From positions 62,536,788-62,600,787 of the forward strand of contig CM120640.1 in NCBI GenBank assembly GCA_051362555.1: DNA of 64,000 nt, in the 5' to 3' direction. Source of the stretch: Lingula anatina (taxonomy: Eukaryota; Animalia; Brachiopoda). The translations under genes and the position numbers were made by a program. This document shows, piece by piece, positions 60,028 through 64,000 of the stretch. The notes below the pieces were generated by a model. The model had not been told where the DNA came from and did not search any database. It saw only the letters and a list, made by a program, of their open reading frames with translations. Every line of letters begins with the position of its first letter. Within the stretch, counting starts at the first letter, position 1.

Positions 60028-61993
60028 TCAAAGTGATCAAGACTTGTTGGGAATAGTAGTTAAAGAAATCTCTTCATATTTACTTGGGTGCTGAGTCCTC
60101 ATAAGATGTGTCATTGCCTCAAATTCAGGTGGATACTTCTACACAATATGATGTTGAAACTTGAGATGAAGAATGCCTTCTTATCAACAGCATGGCCTTG
60201 CAAAGTTTTCACAACTTGGAAAAATGCCTTGACAAAAGAGGGAGCTTCAGGACTTCCAAGACACACCAAATTGGAAAGTTTGATTGATAGCTGGAATTTT
60301 TGTGCTTTCTGTCCATGTGCTTTCTGTTTTAGGTGCATAAAACAGAAGTAGGAAGAATATAAGACATGGTATGGTGGAAGTATAAACCTTTCAGTTTTTT
60401 TTTCTTTTTTAATTCATATTAATACTGTTAGGATACTTAATTTCAGTTTCAAGGGAATTTTAAATTGTATATTACTTGGCCAGTATTCTTTAAGCATTTT
60501 TCACAGCTAACTTAGTTAACATATTCTTTGAATCTTGCTTCATCTCAGTTATGTTTCTATGCATGATTATCCCTTTTATGTTATGCCAAATACATTATTA
60601 TCATCTTTTTTGAGTCTCCTTTTCATGTTTCATGCCTGCCATCTGTAGTTGTACACAGCTGTAGTAATTTAAATGATTTTGTTGTTAAATGTTAGAAAAT
60701 TGCCCATCAAAGCACCATTAAGATATGAAAACTTGATACCACAGGGTATAATTGGCATAAGTATTTAAGTGCAATGAATTAAGTGTCACAATATTGTGTG
60801 TTGAGAGACCTGTCTGAATACTATTATACACGTACATGTATGCATACACATAATTTTTCCCCATCAGTAGTTTCTTAGTGAAGTAATTTTTTTCTGGATG
60901 GCTAGTAAAATTTATCTCTGTTAAATTGCAAAAGGGCGATGGTCACAAAAAAAAAAGAAAAGGTAAAAACATTTAATCACATAACAGAAATGCTTATTTT
61001 GATAATGGTTAAATGTAACAGGTAACTATTATCTGGAAATCTTGTCAGCAAATAGTTCTTTCAGTATTTCCAGATCCTGCTCTAAACTATCTAGATTTAT
61101 GACATGACTTTTACAGTGGTGTTTTATCTTAAATTGTCTGAATGTGAGTGTAGCTTAAGGCTATAAGGAAAAAAAAAGGTAAAATGGACTTTTAAGGTAA
61201 AAGGAAGGTGCTGAAAATGGCTAGGCAGTTTCCTACTATGGTGCTTGTGGAAAGTAGCGAAAAGGGAGTGTTAATTGTCAACATTCAGAATTTTTGTTTA
61301 TCTTAGGTTACCATGGACAGGATATATCACTTCACTTTTTTTAAATGGTCAGTTTGATTAATTTTTTACACACCAGTTATAAAATGATGTAAATATCTGG
61401 TGTGATACTAAGATATACCGGTAGAATGCATGCTGCCCACACTTAAGATTTACATCATTGGTTAGATACAAATAGGAAGCACTGATATCAACCTTTAAAA
61501 GTTAATCGAGCATTTGTATTTGTTTAAGAAGCTAAAAGGTGCATTCTTTGTATATATTTTGATTTTTATAAAAATGCTTAACTGCCAATCTAAATTGTAT
61601 AAATATATGTATAGATTGGATTGTAATATGTTGATGCTATTAACCATTTGGCAAAATACTAAACATTTGAATAAAAAGTTACAAATATTGAAAGATCTAT
61701 AAATGGCATATTGATAAAGCAACATCTTTCTTGTTGTATGTTCCATTGATTATACACATTAATAGAAGTTTCTTTCCATGGTTGGCCCTTTCATAACTAT
61801 AAACATGAAGGAAAAATTACTGATTTTTTTCATAAACAAATTAATAACAATTAAGATTTGGAATGAATAATTTTTAATATTTCCTATATTAATTGTTTTG
61901 GATAGCTTATTTCACTGTATGTTGTGGTATTGATGTATCATGAGAAGATACAGATGTTTGTGATGTTTATGTAATACTGTTAGTGATCGATTG

Positions 61994-61999
61994 AATAAA
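61994..61999 (+). terminator. Probable RCAN polyadenylation signal (alternative at 61670-61675)
   Basis: AATAAA followed by a TG/T-rich stretch, ~2 kb after the stop and before the PCNP promoter. Confidence 0.5.
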
Positions 62000-62619
62000 C
62001 TGTACTGTATGTCAAGTTATTTTTCTTTCAAAAACAAAAAAGAATGTGTAAAAAAGCTAAAAATGTTGGATATCAACAGAAACTCTGGTGCCCTTATTTG
62101 ACGAAAAAACCAACTTCCTATTTTTCTGCAAACTTTAAATCAAAAGATCAGTCTCAAGATTTGTGGAAAACTGATGCATGGAGCAAAGCATTCGGTGACT
62201 AATGGAATTTCTGCCCCAATCTCTGAAAAGATACCTTTATGTGACATTCCTTTTCAAGAATAAGACCGAAATACATTTGTGACACTTTTTGTTGCACCAG
62301 CCCCACACGCTGTCAATGATGACAACAACAATAATAATACTGATAAACGGGTGTTGTTGCGTGAGGAAAGGGGGAAAGAATAAGTACATGTACCTCCCCA
62401 AGTTTCGAATGAAATCCACGTCAGCCGGACCTCAAAACAAAACTCGGCATCTGGTCATTTGGATATGGACGATTTTGCCTCGTTTTACTTGTTATAATGT
62501 TTTTGGGGAGGGAAAAGGTATACTATCTCCGGGCTAAAGGGACACAAGACACACTCCCCCACCCCCCGTTCCAAGGAATCAGCGATGCCTACATTGATTG
62601 AAGACGAGGCTGTGTCAAA

Positions 62620-64000
62620 ATGGCGATGAGTGGAAATGTTTCCCGGCTTCCGAAATCAGGTTTTTATGACCACATTGTGTTGTGTAGTTAATACATATTT
62701 ACAAAATCTGTCGATAATCAACGCAGCATTCCCATTGCTATCGGAAACACGTTAAAGTAGGCGCGGGAATAGGTGGGAGGGTGGTTGACGCCGACCGGTT
62801 GACGCTTGCATGAATGCTGTGCTGTGTATTTTGAAGGGTGATTATCACGGTAGAGTCTACCATCGTGGGGTCGTGGGGGGGGGGGGGTTAAGGGGCCATC
62901 TCATTACCATTAATAACATATCGTTTCAAAGAGTTTTGGTTGTCCAAGTTTCATTTTTTCATTTCGTTATTTTTACACCTAACTTGTTGTTTCAACTCTC
63001 CCAGTATTTCACATTGGCCAGGGCAAGAAGAAGCAGACAAAACACATGCAGCAAAAGACCTGGCAGAAAAAAGGCGGTCTTCAGATCAGGCATCAGATGT
63101 TCCACCAAAGAAAAAAGTTGCAGTGGATGCAAATAAGCCTATCAGTATTGGGTTTGGGACTAAAACACCTCTAGATTTGCAGACACAGCAGTGTCTTGGA
63201 AATGGTGACACTCCCAAAGAACAGAATACTCAGCAGCAGTGCAAACCAGCAGGCCCCATTAAAATGAATCTAGGAGGTGTCAGTCTAACAAAGAAACCTG
63301 TACCTCCTATCAAAATGGCTCTAAGCACTTCAGCTGTAAGTATATATGCATTGGATCATTTCAGTGCATGCTTAACAAATAAAGTGTAGTTTTTTTTACG
63401 TAGATTTTCATCATTTTAACATTGATATTGTAAAAAAAATTAGGTATGTCACTAATTTTATTGACATTTAACTGCATGACTAACTGAGAAAGACTGAAAT
63501 GGCTGGACTTATGAGCAGTGGCATCTAAACACTATAATAAATAAACTACTACATTACATGCACATTATTTACTTATCCTGGGAATCTTGTTCTAGAAACC
63601 AAAGGCCAGTGTGACTCCTATTACACAGACAGTCAAGAAAAGTAAAGCAGTAGCACAAGCATTTAACCAAGATGATGAGGTAAGTACTTATATTTTGATT
63701 CTCTTCACTCTGATGACTTGAATGACAGTTGTCTTGTTTAGTAAGATGTCTATTCTCCAGGAAGATACGAGATAAATAAATAAACAAGTAAATTTGTTTT
63801 AATAAATACATGAATTAAATAAAAAATGAATAAAAGAAAACACTAGAAATTGCAGAAGCTACAATTGTTCTCAATCCTATTGACAGAGCTGTTTAAAGTG
63901 AGTTGTTTGGTAATAAAAATAAAAGGATGGATATCATTAATTTTGTCTTTCATATTTTAAATTTATATTATCTTTTATAAATTTGCAGAGCGATGAAGAT
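62620..64000 (+). CDS. PCNP: PEST proteolytic signal-containing nuclear protein, 5' part (continues past right edge)
   Basis: Exons 62620-62659 (aaaATGg), 63022-63335, 63596-63679, 63989-64000+. GQEEADK..AEKRRS..PIKMALS|KPK..VAQAFNQDDE|SDED parallels PCNP GPEEEAEK..AEKRS..ISIKLG|KPK..VAAAFNEDED|SEPE. Confidence 0.82.

Overview
AT-rich, intron-dense invertebrate animal genomic DNA (probably lophotrochozoan/mollusc-like; this is inference from gene structure and the Helentron-type repeat). About 54 kb is one minus-strand axonemal dynein heavy chain gene of the outer-arm gamma (DNAH5/DNAH8) type. By hand I traced 88 GT-AG exons (14,700 nt = 4,900 codons, frame intact), and the gene runs off the left edge before its C-terminal domain. 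The protein is atypical. AAA1 lacks the sensor-II Arg and the GYAGR motif, the AAA4 P-loop is destroyed, and the CC1 stalk proline appears missing. Large S/T/P- or acid-rich insertions sit in the tail, linker, AAA1, stalk and microtubule-binding domain, several carried by frame-preserving micro/cassette exons. Head-to-head with it is a complete 4-exon RCAN (calcipressin) gene with a CRE cluster, followed by the 5' part of PCNP. Introns hold a Helentron-type HINE with a 146-bp tandem array rich in nuclear-receptor half sites, a MITE, short duplications and a microsatellite palindrome. Family comparisons are from remembered consensus motifs, not database searches.
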